Origin: Balanoglossus misakiensis | Lineage: Eukaryota > Animalia > Hemichordata | Assembly: GCA_040954595.2 (NCBI GenBank) | Contig: CM082597.2 | Span: 638,859-702,858, forward strand | Length of the DNA: 64,000 nt | Reading direction: 5' to 3' | Shown here: positions 14,801 to 27,973 of the stretch, piece by piece | How the letters are laid out: each line of letters begins with the position of its first letter | Numbering within the stretch: position 1 is the first letter of the stretch | Made by a program: the position numbers and the translations under genes | The notes under the pieces: model-generated | The model's database searches: none | Told to the model about the DNA's origin: nothing | The model's input: the letters and a program-made list of their open reading frames with translations, nothing else

Positions 14801-17800
14801 ATTTTCGAGTTGCCGAATTTCGAGATTTTCGGCCGATTTGAACATTTTTCATGGGTTAACCATCATGGTTTTTGTCTAAAAACCACGGATTTTCGAGTTG
14901 CCGAATTTCGAGATTTTCGGCCGATTTGAACATTTTTCATGGGTTAACCATCATGGTTTTTGTCGAAAAACCGCGAATTTTCGAGTTGCCGAATTTCGAG
15001 ATTTTCGGCCGATTTGAACATTTTTCATGGGTTAACCATCATGGTTTTTGTCGAAAAACCGCGAATTTTCGAGTTGCCGAATTTCGAGATTTTCGGCCGA
15101 TTTGAACATTTTTCATGGGTTAACCATCATGGTTTTTGTCGAAAAACCGCGAATTTTCGAGTTGCCGAATTTCGAGATTTTCGGCCTTTTTGAACATTTT
15201 TCATGGGTTAACCATCATGGTTTTTGTCGAAAAACCGCGAATTTTCGAGTTGCCGAATTTCGAGATTTTCGGCCGATTTGAACATTTTTCATGGGTTAAC
15301 CATCATGGTTTTTGTCGAAAAACCGCGAATTTTCGAGTTGCCGAATTTCGAGATTTTCGGCCGATTTGAACATTTTTCATGGGTTAACCATCATGGTTTT
15401 CGTCGAAAAACCGCGAATTTTCGAGTTGCCGAATTTCGAGATTTTCGGCCGATTTGAACATTTTTCATGGGTTAACCATCATGGTTTTTGTCGAAAAACC
15501 ACGAATTTTCGAGTTGCCGAATTTCGAGATTTTCGGCCGATTTGAACATTTTTCATGGGTTAACCATCATGGTTTTTGTCGAAAAACCGCGAATTTTCGA
15601 CTTGCCGAATTTCGAGATTTTCGGCCTTTTTGAACATTTTTCATGGGTTAACCATCATGGTTTTTGTCGAAAAACCGCGAATTTTCGAGTTGCCGAATTT
15701 CGAGATTTTCGGCCTTTTTGAACATTTTTCATGGGTTAACCATCATGGTTTTTGTTGAAAAACCACGAATTTTCGACTTGCCGAATTTCGAGATTTTCGG
15801 CCGATTTGAACATTTTTCATGGGTTAACCATCATGGTTTTTGTCGAAAAACCGCGAATTTTCGACTTGCCGAATTTCGAGATTTTCGGCCGATTTGAACA
15901 TTTTTCATGGGTTAACCATCATGGTTTTTGTCGAAAAACCGCGAATTTTCGAGTTGACGAATTTCGAGATTTTCGGCCGATTTGAACATTTTTCATGGGT
16001 TAACCATCATGGTTTTCGTCGAAAAACCGCGAATTTTCGAGTTGCCGAATTTCGAGATTTTCGGCCGTTTTGAACATTTTTCATGGGTTAACCATCATGG
16101 TTTTCGTCGAAAAACCGCGAATTTTCGAGTTGCCGAATTTCGAGATTTTCGGCCGATTTGAACATTTTTCATGGGTTAACCATCATGGTTTTTGTCGAAA
16201 AACCACGAATTTTCGACTTGCCGAATTTCGAGATTTTCGGCCGATTTGAACATTTTTCATGGGTTAACCATCATGGTTTTTGTCGAAAAACCACGAATTT
16301 TCGAGTTGCCGTTTTTCGAGATTTTCGGCCGATTTGAACATTTTTCATGGGTTAACCATCATGGTTTTTGTCGAAAAACCACGAATTTTCGACTTGCCGA
16401 ATTTCGAGATTTTCGGCCTTTTTGAACATTTTTCATGGGTTAACCATCATGGTTTTTGTCGAAAAACCACGAATTTTCGACTTGCCGAATTTCGAGATTT
16501 TCGGCCGATTTGAACATTTTTCATGGGTTAACCATCATGGTTTTTGTCGAAAAACCGCGAATTTTCGAGTTGCCGAATTTCGAGATTTTCGGCCGATTTG
16601 AACATTTTTCATGGGTTAACCATCATGGTTTTTGTCGAAAAACCGCGAATTTTCGAGTTGCCGAATTTCGAGATTTTCGGCCGATTTGAACATTTTTCAT
16701 GGGTTAACCATCATGGTTTTTGTCTAAAAACCACGGATTTTCGAGTTGCCGAATTTCGAGATTTTCGGCCGATTTGAACATTTTTCATGGGTTAACCATC
16801 ATGGTTTTTGTCGAAAAACCGCGAATTTTCGAGTTGCCGAATTTCGAGATTTTCGGCCGATTTGAACATTTTTCATGGGTTAACCATCATGGTTTTTGTC
16901 GAAAAACCGCGAATTTTCGACTTGCCGAATTTCGAGATTTTCGGCCTTTTTGAACATTTTTCATGGGTTAACCATCATGGTTTTTGTCGAAAAACCGCGA
17001 ATTTTCGACTTGCCGAATTTCGAGATTTTCGGCCTTTTTGAACATTTTTCATGGGTTAACCATCATGGTTTTTGTCGAAAAACCACGAATTTTCGACTTG
17101 CCGAATTTCGAGATTTTCGGCCGATTTGAACATTTTTCATGGGTTAACCATCATGGTTTTTGTCGAAAAACCGCGAATTTTCGACTTGCCGAATTTCGAG
17201 ATTTTCGGCCGATTTGAACATTTTTCATGGGTTAACCATCATGGTTTTTGTCGAAAAACCGCGAATTTTCGAGTTGCCGAATTTCGAGATTTTCGGCCGA
17301 TTTGAACATTTTTCAGGGGTTAACCATCATGGTTTTCGTCGAAAAACCGCGAATTTTCGAGTTGCCGAATTTCGAGATTTTCGGCCGTTTTGAACATTTT
17401 TCATGGGTTAACCATCATGGTTTTTGTCGAAAAACCGCGAATTTTCGAGTTGCCGAATTTCGAGATTTTCGGCCGTTTTGAACATTTTTCATGGGTTAAC
17501 CATCATGGTTTTTGTCGAAAAACCGCGAATTTTCGAGTTGCCGAATTTCGAGATTTTCGGCCGTTTTGAACATTTTTCATGGGTTGACAATCATGGTTTT
17601 TGTCGAAAAACCGCGAATTTTCGAGTTGCCGAATTTCGAGATTTTCGGCCGATTTGAACATTTTTCATGGGTTAACCATCATGGTTTTTGTCGAAAAACC
17701 GCGAATTTTCGAGTTGCCGAATTTCGAGATTTTTGGCCGATTTGAACATTTTTCATGGGTTAACCATCATGGTTTTTGTCGAAAAACCGCGAATTTTCGA

Positions 17801-20800
17801 GTTGCCGAATTTCGAGATTTTCGGCCGATTTGAACATTTTTCATGGGTTAACCATCATGGTTTTTGTCGAAAAACCGCGAATTTTCGAGTTGCCGAATTT
17901 CGAGATTTTCGGCCGATTTGAACATTTTTCATGGGTTAACCATCATGGTTTTTGTCGAAAAACCGCGAATTTTCGAGTTGCCGAATTTCGAGATTTTCGG
18001 CCGATTTGAACATTTTTCATGGGTTAACCATCATGGTTTTTGTCGAAAAACCGCGAATTTTCGAGTTGCCGAATTTCGAGATTTTCGGCCGTTTTGAACA
18101 TTTTTCATGGGTTAACCATCATGGTTTTTGTCGAAAAACCGCGAATTTTCGAGTTGCCGAATTTCGAGATTTTCGGCCGTTTTGAACATTTTTCATGGGT
18201 TAACCATCATGGTTTTTGTCGAAAAACCGCGAATTTTCGAGTTGCCGAATTTCGAGATTTTCGGCCGATTTGAACATTTTTCATGGGTTAACCATCATGG
18301 TTTTTGTCGAAAAACCGCGAATTTTCGAGTTGCCGAATTTCGAGATTTTCGGCCGATTTGAACATTTTTCATGGGTTAACCATCATGGTTTTTGTCGAAA
18401 AACCGCGAATTTTCGAGTTGCCGAATTTCGAGATTTTCGGCCGTTTTGAACATTTTTCATGGGTTAACCATCATGGTTTTTGTCGAAAAACCGCGAATTT
18501 TCGAGTTGCCGAATTTCGAGATTTTCGGCCGTTTTGAACATTTTTCATGGGTTAACCATCATGGTTTTTGTCGAAAAACCGCGAATTTTCGAGTTGCCGA
18601 ATTTCGAGATTTTCGGCCGATTTGAACATTTTTCATGGGTTAACCATCATGGTTTTTGTCGAAAAACCGCGAATTTTCGAGTTGCCGAATTTCGAGATTT
18701 TCGGCCGATTTGAACATTTTTCATGGGTTAACCATCATGGTTTTTGTCGAAAAACCGCGAATTTTCGAGTTGCCGAATTTCGAGATTTTCGGCCGTTTTG
18801 AACATTTTTCATGGGTTAACCATCATGGTTTTTGTCGAAAAACCGCGAATTTTCGAGTTGCCGAATTTCGAGATTTTCGGCCGATTTGAACATTTTTCAT
18901 GGGTTAACCATCATGGTTTTTGTCGAAAAACCGCGAATTTTCGAGTTGCCGAATTTCGAGATTTTCGGCCGATTTGAACATTTTTCATGGGTTAACCATC
19001 ATGGTTTTTGTCGAAAAACCGCGAATTTTCGAGTTGCCGAATTTCGAGATTTTCGGCCGATTTGAACATTTTTCATGGGTTAACCATCATGGTTTTTGTC
19101 GAAAAACCGCGAATTTTCGAGTTGCCGAATTTCGAGATTTTCGGCCGATTTGAACATTTTTCATGGGTTAACCATCATGGTTTTTGTCGAAAAACCGCGA
19201 ATTTTCGAGTTGCCGAATTTCGAGATTTTCGGCCGATTTGAACATTTTTCATGGGTTAACCATCATGGTTTTCGTCGAAAAACCGCGAATTTTCGAATTG
19301 CCGAATTTCGAGATTTTCGGCCGATTTGAACATTTTTCATGGGTTAACCATCATGGTTTTTGTCGAAAAACCGCGAATTTTCGAGTTGCCGAATTTCGAG
19401 ATTTTCGGCCGTTTTGAACATTTTTCATGGGTTAACCATCATGGTTTTTGTCGAAAAACCGCGAATTTTCGAGTTGCCGAATTTCGAGATTTTCGGCCGA
19501 TTTGAACATTTTTCATGGGTTAACCATCATGGTTTTTGTCGAAAAACCGCGAATTTTCGAGTTGCCGAATTTCGAGATTTTCGGCCGATTTGAACATTTT
19601 TCATGGGTTAACCATCATGGTTTTCGTCGAAAAACCGCGAATTTTCGAGTTGCCGAATTTCGAGATTTTCGGCCGATTTGAACATTTTTCATGGGTTAAC
19701 CATCATGGTTTTCGTCGAAAAACCGCGAATTTTCGAGTTGCCGAATTTCGAGATTTTCGGCCCATTTGAACATTTTTCATGGGTTAACCATCATGGGTTT
19801 CGTCGAAAAACCGCGAATTTTCGAGTTGCCGAATTTCGAGATTTTCGGCCGATTTGAACATTTTTCATGGGAACCATCATGGTTTTCGTCGAAAAACCGC
19901 GAATTTTCGAGTTGCCGAATTTCGAGATTTTCGGCCGATTTGAACATTTTTCATGGGTTAACCATCATGGTTTTCGTCGAAAAACCGCGAATTTTCGAGT
20001 TGCCGAATTTCGAGATTTTCGGCGGATTTGAACATTTTTTATGGGTTAACCATCATGGTTTTTGTCGAAAAACCGCGAATTTTCGAGTTGCCGAATTTCG
20101 AGATTTTCGGCCGATTTGAACATTTTTCATGGGTTAACCATCATGGTTTTTGTCGAAAAACCGCGAATTTTCGAGTTGCCGAATTTCGAGATTTTCGGCC
20201 GATTTGAACATTTTTCATGGGTTAACCATCATGGTTTTTGTCGAAAAACCGCGAATTTTCGAGTTGCCGAATTTCGAGATTTTCGGCCGATTTGAACATT
20301 TTTCATGGGTTAACCATCATGGTTTTTGTCGAAAAACCGCGAATTTTCGAGTTGCCGAATTTCGAGATTTTCGGCCGATTTGAACATTTTTCATGGGTTA
20401 ACCATCATGGTTTTTGTCGAAAAACCGCGAATTTTCGAGTTGCCGAATTTCGAGATTTTCGGCCGATTTGAACATTTTTCATGGGTTAACCATCATGGTT
20501 TTTGTCGAAAAACCGCGAATTTTCGAGTTGCCGAATTTCAAGATTTTCGGCCGATTTGAACATTTTTCATGGGTTAACCATCATGGTTTTTGTCGAAAAA
20601 CCGCGAATTTTCGAGTTGCCGAATTTCGAGATTTTCGGCCGATTTGAACATTTTTCATGGGTTAACCATCATGGTTTTTGTCGAAAAACCGCGAATTTTC
20701 GAGTTGCCGAATTTCGAGATTTTCGGCCGATTTGAACATTTTTCATGGGTTAACCATCATGGTTTTTGTCGAAAAACCGCGAATTTTCGAGTTGCCGAAT

Positions 20801-23800
20801 TTCGAGATTTTCGGCCGTTTTGAACATTTTTCATGGGTTAACCATCATGGTTTTTGTCGAAAAACCGCGAATTTTCGAGTTGCCGAATTTCGAGATTTTC
20901 GGCCGTTTTGAACATTTTTCATGGGTTAACCATCATGGTTTTTGTCGAAAAACCGCGAATTTTCGAGTTGCCGAATTTCGAGATTTTCGGCCGATTTGAA
21001 CATTTTTCATGGGTTAACCATCATGGTTTTTGTCGAAAAACCGCGAATTTTCGAGTTGCCGAATTTCGAGATTTTCGGCCGATTTGAACATTTTTCATGG
21101 GTTAACCATCATGGTTTTTGTCGAAAAACCGCGAATTTTCGAGTTGCCGAATTTCGAGATTTTCGGCCGATTTGAACATTTTTCATGGGTTAACCATCAT
21201 GGTTTTCGTCGAAAAACCGCGAATTTTCGAGTTGCCGAATTTCGAGATTTTCGGCCGATTTGAACATTTTTCATGGGTTAACCATCATGGTTTTCGTCGA
21301 AAAACCGCGAATTTTCGAGTTGCCGAATTTCGAGATTTTCGGCCGATTTGAACATTTTTCATGGGTTAACCATCATGGTTTTCGTCGAAAAACCGCGAAT
21401 TTTCGAGTTGCCGAATTTCGAGATTTTCGGCCGATTTGAACATTTTTCATGGGTTAACCATCATGGTTTTCGTCGAAAAACCGCGAATTTTCGAGTTGCC
21501 GAATTTCGAGATTTTCGGCCGATTTGAACATTTTTCATGGGTTAACCATCATGGTTTTCGTCGAAAAACCGCGAATTTTCGAGTTGCCGAATTTCGAGAT
21601 TTTCGGCCGATTTGAACATTTTTCATGGGTTAACCATCATGGTTTTCGTCGAAAAACCGCGAATTTTCGAGTTGCCGAATTTCGAGATTTTCGGCCGATT
21701 TGAACATTTTTCATGGGTTAACCATCATGGTTTTCGTCGAAAAACCGCGAATTTTCGAGTTGCCGAATTTCGAGATTTTCGGCCGATTTGAACATTTTTC
21801 ATGGGTTAACCATCATGGTTTTTGTCGAAAAACCGCGAATTTTCGAGTTGCCGAATTTCGAGATTTTCGGCCGATTTGAACATTTTTCATGGGTTAACCA
21901 TCATGGTTTTCGTCGAAAAACCGCGAATTTTCGAGTTGCCGAATTTCGAGATTTTCGGCCGATTTGAACATTTTTCATGGGTTAACCATCATGGTTTTTG
22001 TCGAAAAACCGCGAATTTTCGAGTTGCCGAATTTCGAGATTTTCGGCCGATTTGAACATTTTTCATGGGTTAACCATCATGGTTTTCGTCGAAAAACCGC
22101 GAATTTTCGAGTTGCCGAATTTCGAGATTTTCGGCCGATTTGAACATTTTTCATGGGTTAACCATCATGGTTTTTGTCGAAAAACCGCGAATTTTCGAGT
22201 TGCCGAATTTCGAGATTTTCGGCCGATTTGAACATTTTTCATGGGTTAACCATCATGGTTTTTGTCGAAAAACCGCGAATTTTCGAGTTGCCGAATTTCG
22301 AGATTTTCGGCCGATTTGAACATTTTTCATGGGTTAACCATCATGGTTTTTGTCGAAAAACCGCGAATTTTCGAGTTGCCGAATTTCGAGATTTTCGGCC
22401 GTTTTGAACATTTTTCATGGGTTAACCATCATGGTTTTTGTCGAAAAACCGCGAATTTTCGAGTTGCCGAATTTCGAGATTTTCGGCCGTTTTGAACATT
22501 TTTCATGGGTTAACCATCATGGTTTTTGTCGAAAAACCGCGAATTTTCGAGTTGCCGAATTTCGAGATTTTCGGCCGATTTGAACATTTTTCATGGGTTA
22601 ACCATCATGGTTTTTGTCGAAAAACCGCGAATTTTCGAGTTGCCGAATTTCGAGATTTTCGGCCGATTTGAACATTTTTCATGGGTTAACCATCATGGTT
22701 TTTGTCGAAAAACCGCGAATTTTCGAGTTGCCGAATTTCGAGATTTTCGGCCGATTTGAACATTTTTCATGGGTTAACCATCATGGTTTTCGTCGAAAAA
22801 CCGCGAATTTTCGAGTTGCCGAATTTCGAGATTTTCGGCCGATTTGAACATTTTTCATGGGTTAACCATCATGGTTTTCGTCGAAAAACCGCGAATTTTC
22901 GAGTTGCCGAATTTCGAGATTTTCGGCCGATTTGAACATTTTTCATGGGTTAACCATCATGGTTTTCGTCGAAAAACCGCGAATTTTCGAGTTGCCGAAT
23001 TTCGAGATTTTCGGCCGATTTGAACATTTTTCATGGGTTAACCATCATGGTTTTTGTCGAAAAACCGCGAATTTTCGAGTTGCCGAATTTCGAGATTTTC
23101 GGCCGATTTGAACATTTTTCATGGGTTAACCATCATGGTTTTCGTCGAAAAACCGCGAATTTTCGAGTTGCCGAATTTCGAGATTTTCGGCCGATTTGAA
23201 CATTTTTCATGGGTTAACCATCATGGTTTTCGTCGAAAAACCGCGAATTTTCGAGTTGCCGAATTTCGAGATTTTCGGCCGATTTGAACATTTTTCATGG
23301 GTTAACCATCATGGTTTTCGTCGAAAAACCGCGAATTTTCGAGTTGCCGAATTTCGAGATTTTCGGCCGATTTGAACATTTTTCATGGGTTAACCATCAT
23401 GGTTTTTGTCGAAAAACCGCGAATTTTCGAGTTGCCGAATTTCGAGATTTTCGGCCGATTTGAACATTTTTCATGGGTTAACCATCATGGTTTTTGTCGA
23501 AAAACCGCGAATTTTCGAGTTGCCGAATTTCGAGATTTTCGGCCGATTTGAACATTTTTCATGGGTTAACCATCATGGTTTTCGTCGAAAAACCGCGAAT
23601 TTTCGAGTTGCCGAATTTCGAGATTTTCGGCCGATTTGAACATTTTTCATGGGTTAACCATCATGGTTTTCGTCGAAAAACCGCGAATTTTCGAGTTGCC
23701 GAATTTCGAGATTTTCGGCCGATTTGAACATTTTTCATGGGTTAACCATCATGGTTTTTGTCGAAAAACCGCGAATTTTCGAGTTGCCGAATTTCGAGAT

Positions 23801-26740
23801 TTTCGGCCGATTTGAACATTTTTCATGGGTTAACCATCATGGTTTTCGTCGAAAAACCGCGAATTTTCGAGTTGCCGAATTTCGAGATTTTCGGCCGATT
23901 TGAACATTTTTCATGGGTTAACCATCATGGTTTTCGTCGAAAAACCGCGAATTTTCGAGTTGCCGAATTTCGAGATTTTCGGCCGATTTGAACATTTTTC
24001 ATGGGTTAACCATCATGGTTTTCGTCGAAAAACCGCGAATTTTCGAGTTGCCGAATTTCGAGATTTTCGGCCGATTTGAACATTTTTCATGGGTTAACCA
24101 TCATGGTTTTCGTCGAAAAACCGCGAATTTTCGAGTTGCCGAATTTCGAGATTTTCGGCCGATTTGAACATTTTTCATGGGTTAACCATCATGGTTTTCG
24201 TCGAAAAACCGCGAATTTTCGAGTTGCCGAATTTCGAGATTTTCGGCGGATTTGAACATTTTTCATGGGTTAACCATCATGGTTTTTGTCGAAAAACCGC
24301 GAATTTTCGAGTTGCCGAATTTCGAGATTTTCGGCCGATTTGAACATTTTTCATGGGTTAACCATCATGGTTTTTGTCGAAAAACCGCGAATTTTCGAGT
24401 TGCCGAATTTCGAGATTTTCGGCCGATTTGAACATTTTTCATGGGTTAACCATCATGGTTTTTGTCGAAAAACCGCGAATTTTCGAGTTGCCGAATTTCG
24501 AGATTTTCGGCCGATTTGAACATTTTTCATGGGTTAACCATCATGGTTTTTGTCGAAAAACCGCGAATTTTCGAGTTGCCGAATTTCGAGATTTTCGGCC
24601 GATTTGAACATTTTTCATGGGTTAACCATCATGGTTTTTGTCGAAAAACCGCGAATTTTCGAGTTGCCGAATTTCGAGATTTTCGGCCGATTTGAACATT
24701 TTTCATGGGTTAACCATCATGGTTTTTGTCGAAAAACCGCGAATTTTCGAGTTGCCGAATTTCGAGATTTTCGGCCGTTTTGAACATTTTTCATGGGTTA
24801 ACCATCATGGTTTTTGTCGAAAAACCACGAATTTTCGACTTGCCGAATTTCGAGATTTTCGGCCGATTTGAACATTTTTCATGGGTTAACCATCATGGTT
24901 TTTGTCGAAAAACCGCGAATTTTCGACTTGCCGAATTTCGAGATTTTCGGCCGATTTGAACATTTTTCATGGGTTAACCATCATGGTTTTTGTCGAAAAA
25001 CCGCGAATTTTCGAGTCGCCGAATTTCGAGTTTTTCGGCCGTTTTGAACATTTTTCATGGGTTAACCATCATGGTTTTTGTCGAAAAACCGCATATTTTC
25101 GAGTTGCCGAATTTCGAGATTTTCGGCCGTTTTGAACATTTTTCATGGGTTAACCATCATGGTTTTTGTCGAAAAACCGCGAATTTTCGAGTTGCCGAAT
25201 TTCGAGATTTTCGGCCGATTTGAACATTTTTCATGGGTTAACCATCATGGTTTTTGTCGAAAAACCGCGAATTTTCGAGTTGCCGAATTTCGAGATTTTC
25301 GGCCGATTTGAACATTTTTCATGGGTTAACCATCATGGTTTTTGTCGAAAAACCGCGAATTTTCGAGTTGCCGAATTTCGAGATTTTCGGCCGATTTGAA
25401 CATTTTTCATGGGTTAACCATCATGGTTTTTGTCGAAAAACCGCGAATTTTCGAGTTGCCGAATTTCGAGATTTTCGGCCGATTTGAACATTTTTCATGG
25501 TAACCATCATGGTTTTTGTCGAAAAACCGCGAATTTTCGAGTTGCCGAATTTCGAGATTTTCGGCCGATTTGAACATTTTTCATGGTAACCATCATGGTT
25601 TTTGTAGAAAAACCGCGAATTTTCGAGTTGCCGAATTTCGAGATTTTCGGCCGATTTGAACATTTTTCATGGGTTAACCATCATGGTTTTCGTCGAAAAA
25701 CCGCGAATTTTCGAGTTGCCGAATTTCGAGATTTTCGGCCGTTTTGAACATTTTTCATGGGTTAACCATCATGGTTTTTGTCGAAAAACCGCGAATTTTC
25801 GAGTTGCCGAATTTCGAGATTTTCGGCCGATTTGAACATTTTTCATGGGTTAACCATCATGGTTTTTGTCGAAAAACCGCGAATTTTCGAGTTGCCGAAT
25901 TTCGAGATTTTCGGCCGATTTGAACATTTTTCATGGGTTAACCATCATGGTTTTCGTCGAAAAACCGCGAATTTTCGAGTTGCCGAATTTCGAGATTTTC
26001 GGCCGATTTGAACATTTTTCATGGGTTAACCATCATGGTTTTTGTCGAAAAACCGCGAATTTTCGAGTCGCCGAATTTCGAGTTTTTCGGCCGTTTTGAA
26101 CATTTTTCATGGGTTAACCATCATGGTTTTTGTCGAAAAACCGCGAATTTTCGATTTGCCGAATTTCGAGATTTTCGGCCGTTTTGAACATTTTTCATGG
26201 GTTAACCATCATGGTTTTTGTCGAAAAACCGCGAATTTTCGAGTTGCCGAATTTCGAGATTTTCGGCCGATTTGAACATTTTTCATGGGTTAACCATCAT
26301 GGTTTTTGTCGAAAAACCGCGAATTTTCGAGTTGCCGAATTTCGAGATTTTCGGCCGATTTGAACATTTTTCATGGGTTAACCATCATGGTTTTTGTCGA
26401 AAAACCGCGAATTTTCGAGTTGCCGAATTTCGAGATTTTCGGCCGATTTGAACATTTTTCATGGGTTAACCATCATGGTTTTTGTCGAAAAACCGCGAAT
26501 TTTCGAGTTGCCGAATTTCGAGATTTTCGGCCGATTTGAACATTTTTCATGGGTTAACCATCATGGTTTTTGTCGAAAAACCGCGAATTTTCGACTTGCC
26601 GAATTTCGAGATTTTCGGCCATTTTTGAACATTTTTCATGGGTTAACCATCATGGTTTTTGTCGAAAAATGACGAATTTTCGACTTGCCGAATTTCGAGA
26701 TTTTCGGCCTTTTTCGACATTTTTCATGGGTTATACATCA
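11821..26740. repeat. Tandem satellite, 88-bp monomer type B (~170 copies)
   Basis: Consensus CATGGTTTTTGTCGAAAAACCGCGAATTTTCGAGTTGCCGAATTTCGAGATTTTCGGCCGATTTGAACATTTTTCATGGGTTAACCAT. The ORF track recurs every 88 bp. It is highly homogeneous with a few recurring SNVs. Confidence 0.98.
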
Positions 26741-26995
26741 TGGTTTTTGTCGAAAAATGACCAATTTTCGACTTGCCGAAAATTTCTTCATTTTTTGAAA
26801 AAAATCATGGTTTATAGCTCATGAAAATCTTCTAAAAAACGACGATTTTTCGACTTTTCGAATATTCAAAATTTCTTTATTTTTTGAAAAAAAATCATGG
26901 GTTACAGCTCATGAAAATCTTCAAAAATGACGATTTTTCGACTTCGCAAACTTTGGTGATTTTGTCAGTTTTGGACATTTTTCATGGGTTATAAT
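26741..26995. repeat. Degenerate terminal satellite monomers (B / reverse-complement-A hybrids)
   Basis: Contains TATAGCTCATGAAAATC, CATGGGTTACAGCTCATGAAAATC and ATTTTTCGACTTCGC, which match the reverse complement of monomer A. It ends in B-like ACATTTTTCATGGGTTA before unique sequence. Confidence 0.85.
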
Positions 26996-27973
26996 GGCTC
27001 ACGAGAGATTTGATATGATATCAAATTCATGACAATATAGATATAATATTTTAATATCATTGTACGAAAAATATAACTTATCACATATAGGGCCTTGTGT
27101 AGGCCTAAGAGTGATTTATAAGCCTTTAATTTTTTTTTTTTTTATATAAATTGGGCAGATATTATCTAAACGTATCTAATTGTATTTTTAATATCAGTTT
27201 GATTCAACCATATTAAATGTGTCCTGTTCACAAAGAATTCAATTTCCGTATGCCAGAGTTCTAGTGGACCACATTGTGCGTATAAAGGACTATAATTTTA
27301 TCAAATCTTGTACCCAGTAGTTTGCAGGCCGATACTTTTTAACTTACTCATGTTGATTTATTTTTGTCGAAGCACGGTACACTTGCTCTTCATTTCGTGA
27401 TAATCTTTCTTCTCTCACTCTCTCTCTCTCTGAAAATTGAATAAAATACTGAGACGAAATAAACAGCAAATAAATTCTCATCTCAAGCTGCAATATATGT
27501 TCTATTATGATGTAACCAAGACAGAGTCAAAGTTATTTCCATTGCTATGTTAACACCCCTTTTTATTTTCCACATTCTACTATAAATTACAAATCGACAT
27601 TGATGATTAATCGTTATGGTCGACAGTAGGACTAAACTGCGACATGGAAATCGTTGGCAGTTCTTTGCGTTCTCAAATTCCATCAAAACTTTTATTGATT
27701 GCTACTGTTTCTGAACTGCTGCGTCCGTTATCCTGCTGGTGTTACAGAGGCATTTCAACTAAAAGCGAAGTGATCCATTTTACCGTTTGCAAAGTTTCAA
27801 TTAAATTTTCCATTTCCTGTTGACAATGGTATTTCTGCTGGCCCGGGGGTAACCCGATATTCTAAACGACCCCGCCGCGACAAAAACAAGATCGAGTGAG
27901 TCTGGAACACCATATATAGCACTAGACTTCGTTCTGTCGAGCGCCAGTAGCTGCAGTTAGGCCCCAGAACACG

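Noticed and set aside
21200-24200. CENP-B-box-like TTTCGTCGAAAAACCGCGA variant
   Set aside because: The spacing is 2 nt off the TTCG-n4-A-n2-CGGG pattern and CGGG is absent. The resemblance is superficial.
1-26740. CRISPR array
   Set aside because: Whole units are repeated with no unique spacers, there are no cas genes, and the context is eukaryotic.
213-26824. Hundreds of 60-170 aa ORFs in the repeat arrays
   Set aside because: They are translations of an 88-bp monomer (not a multiple of 3) cycling through frames. Lengths vary with indels, and there is no coding signal.
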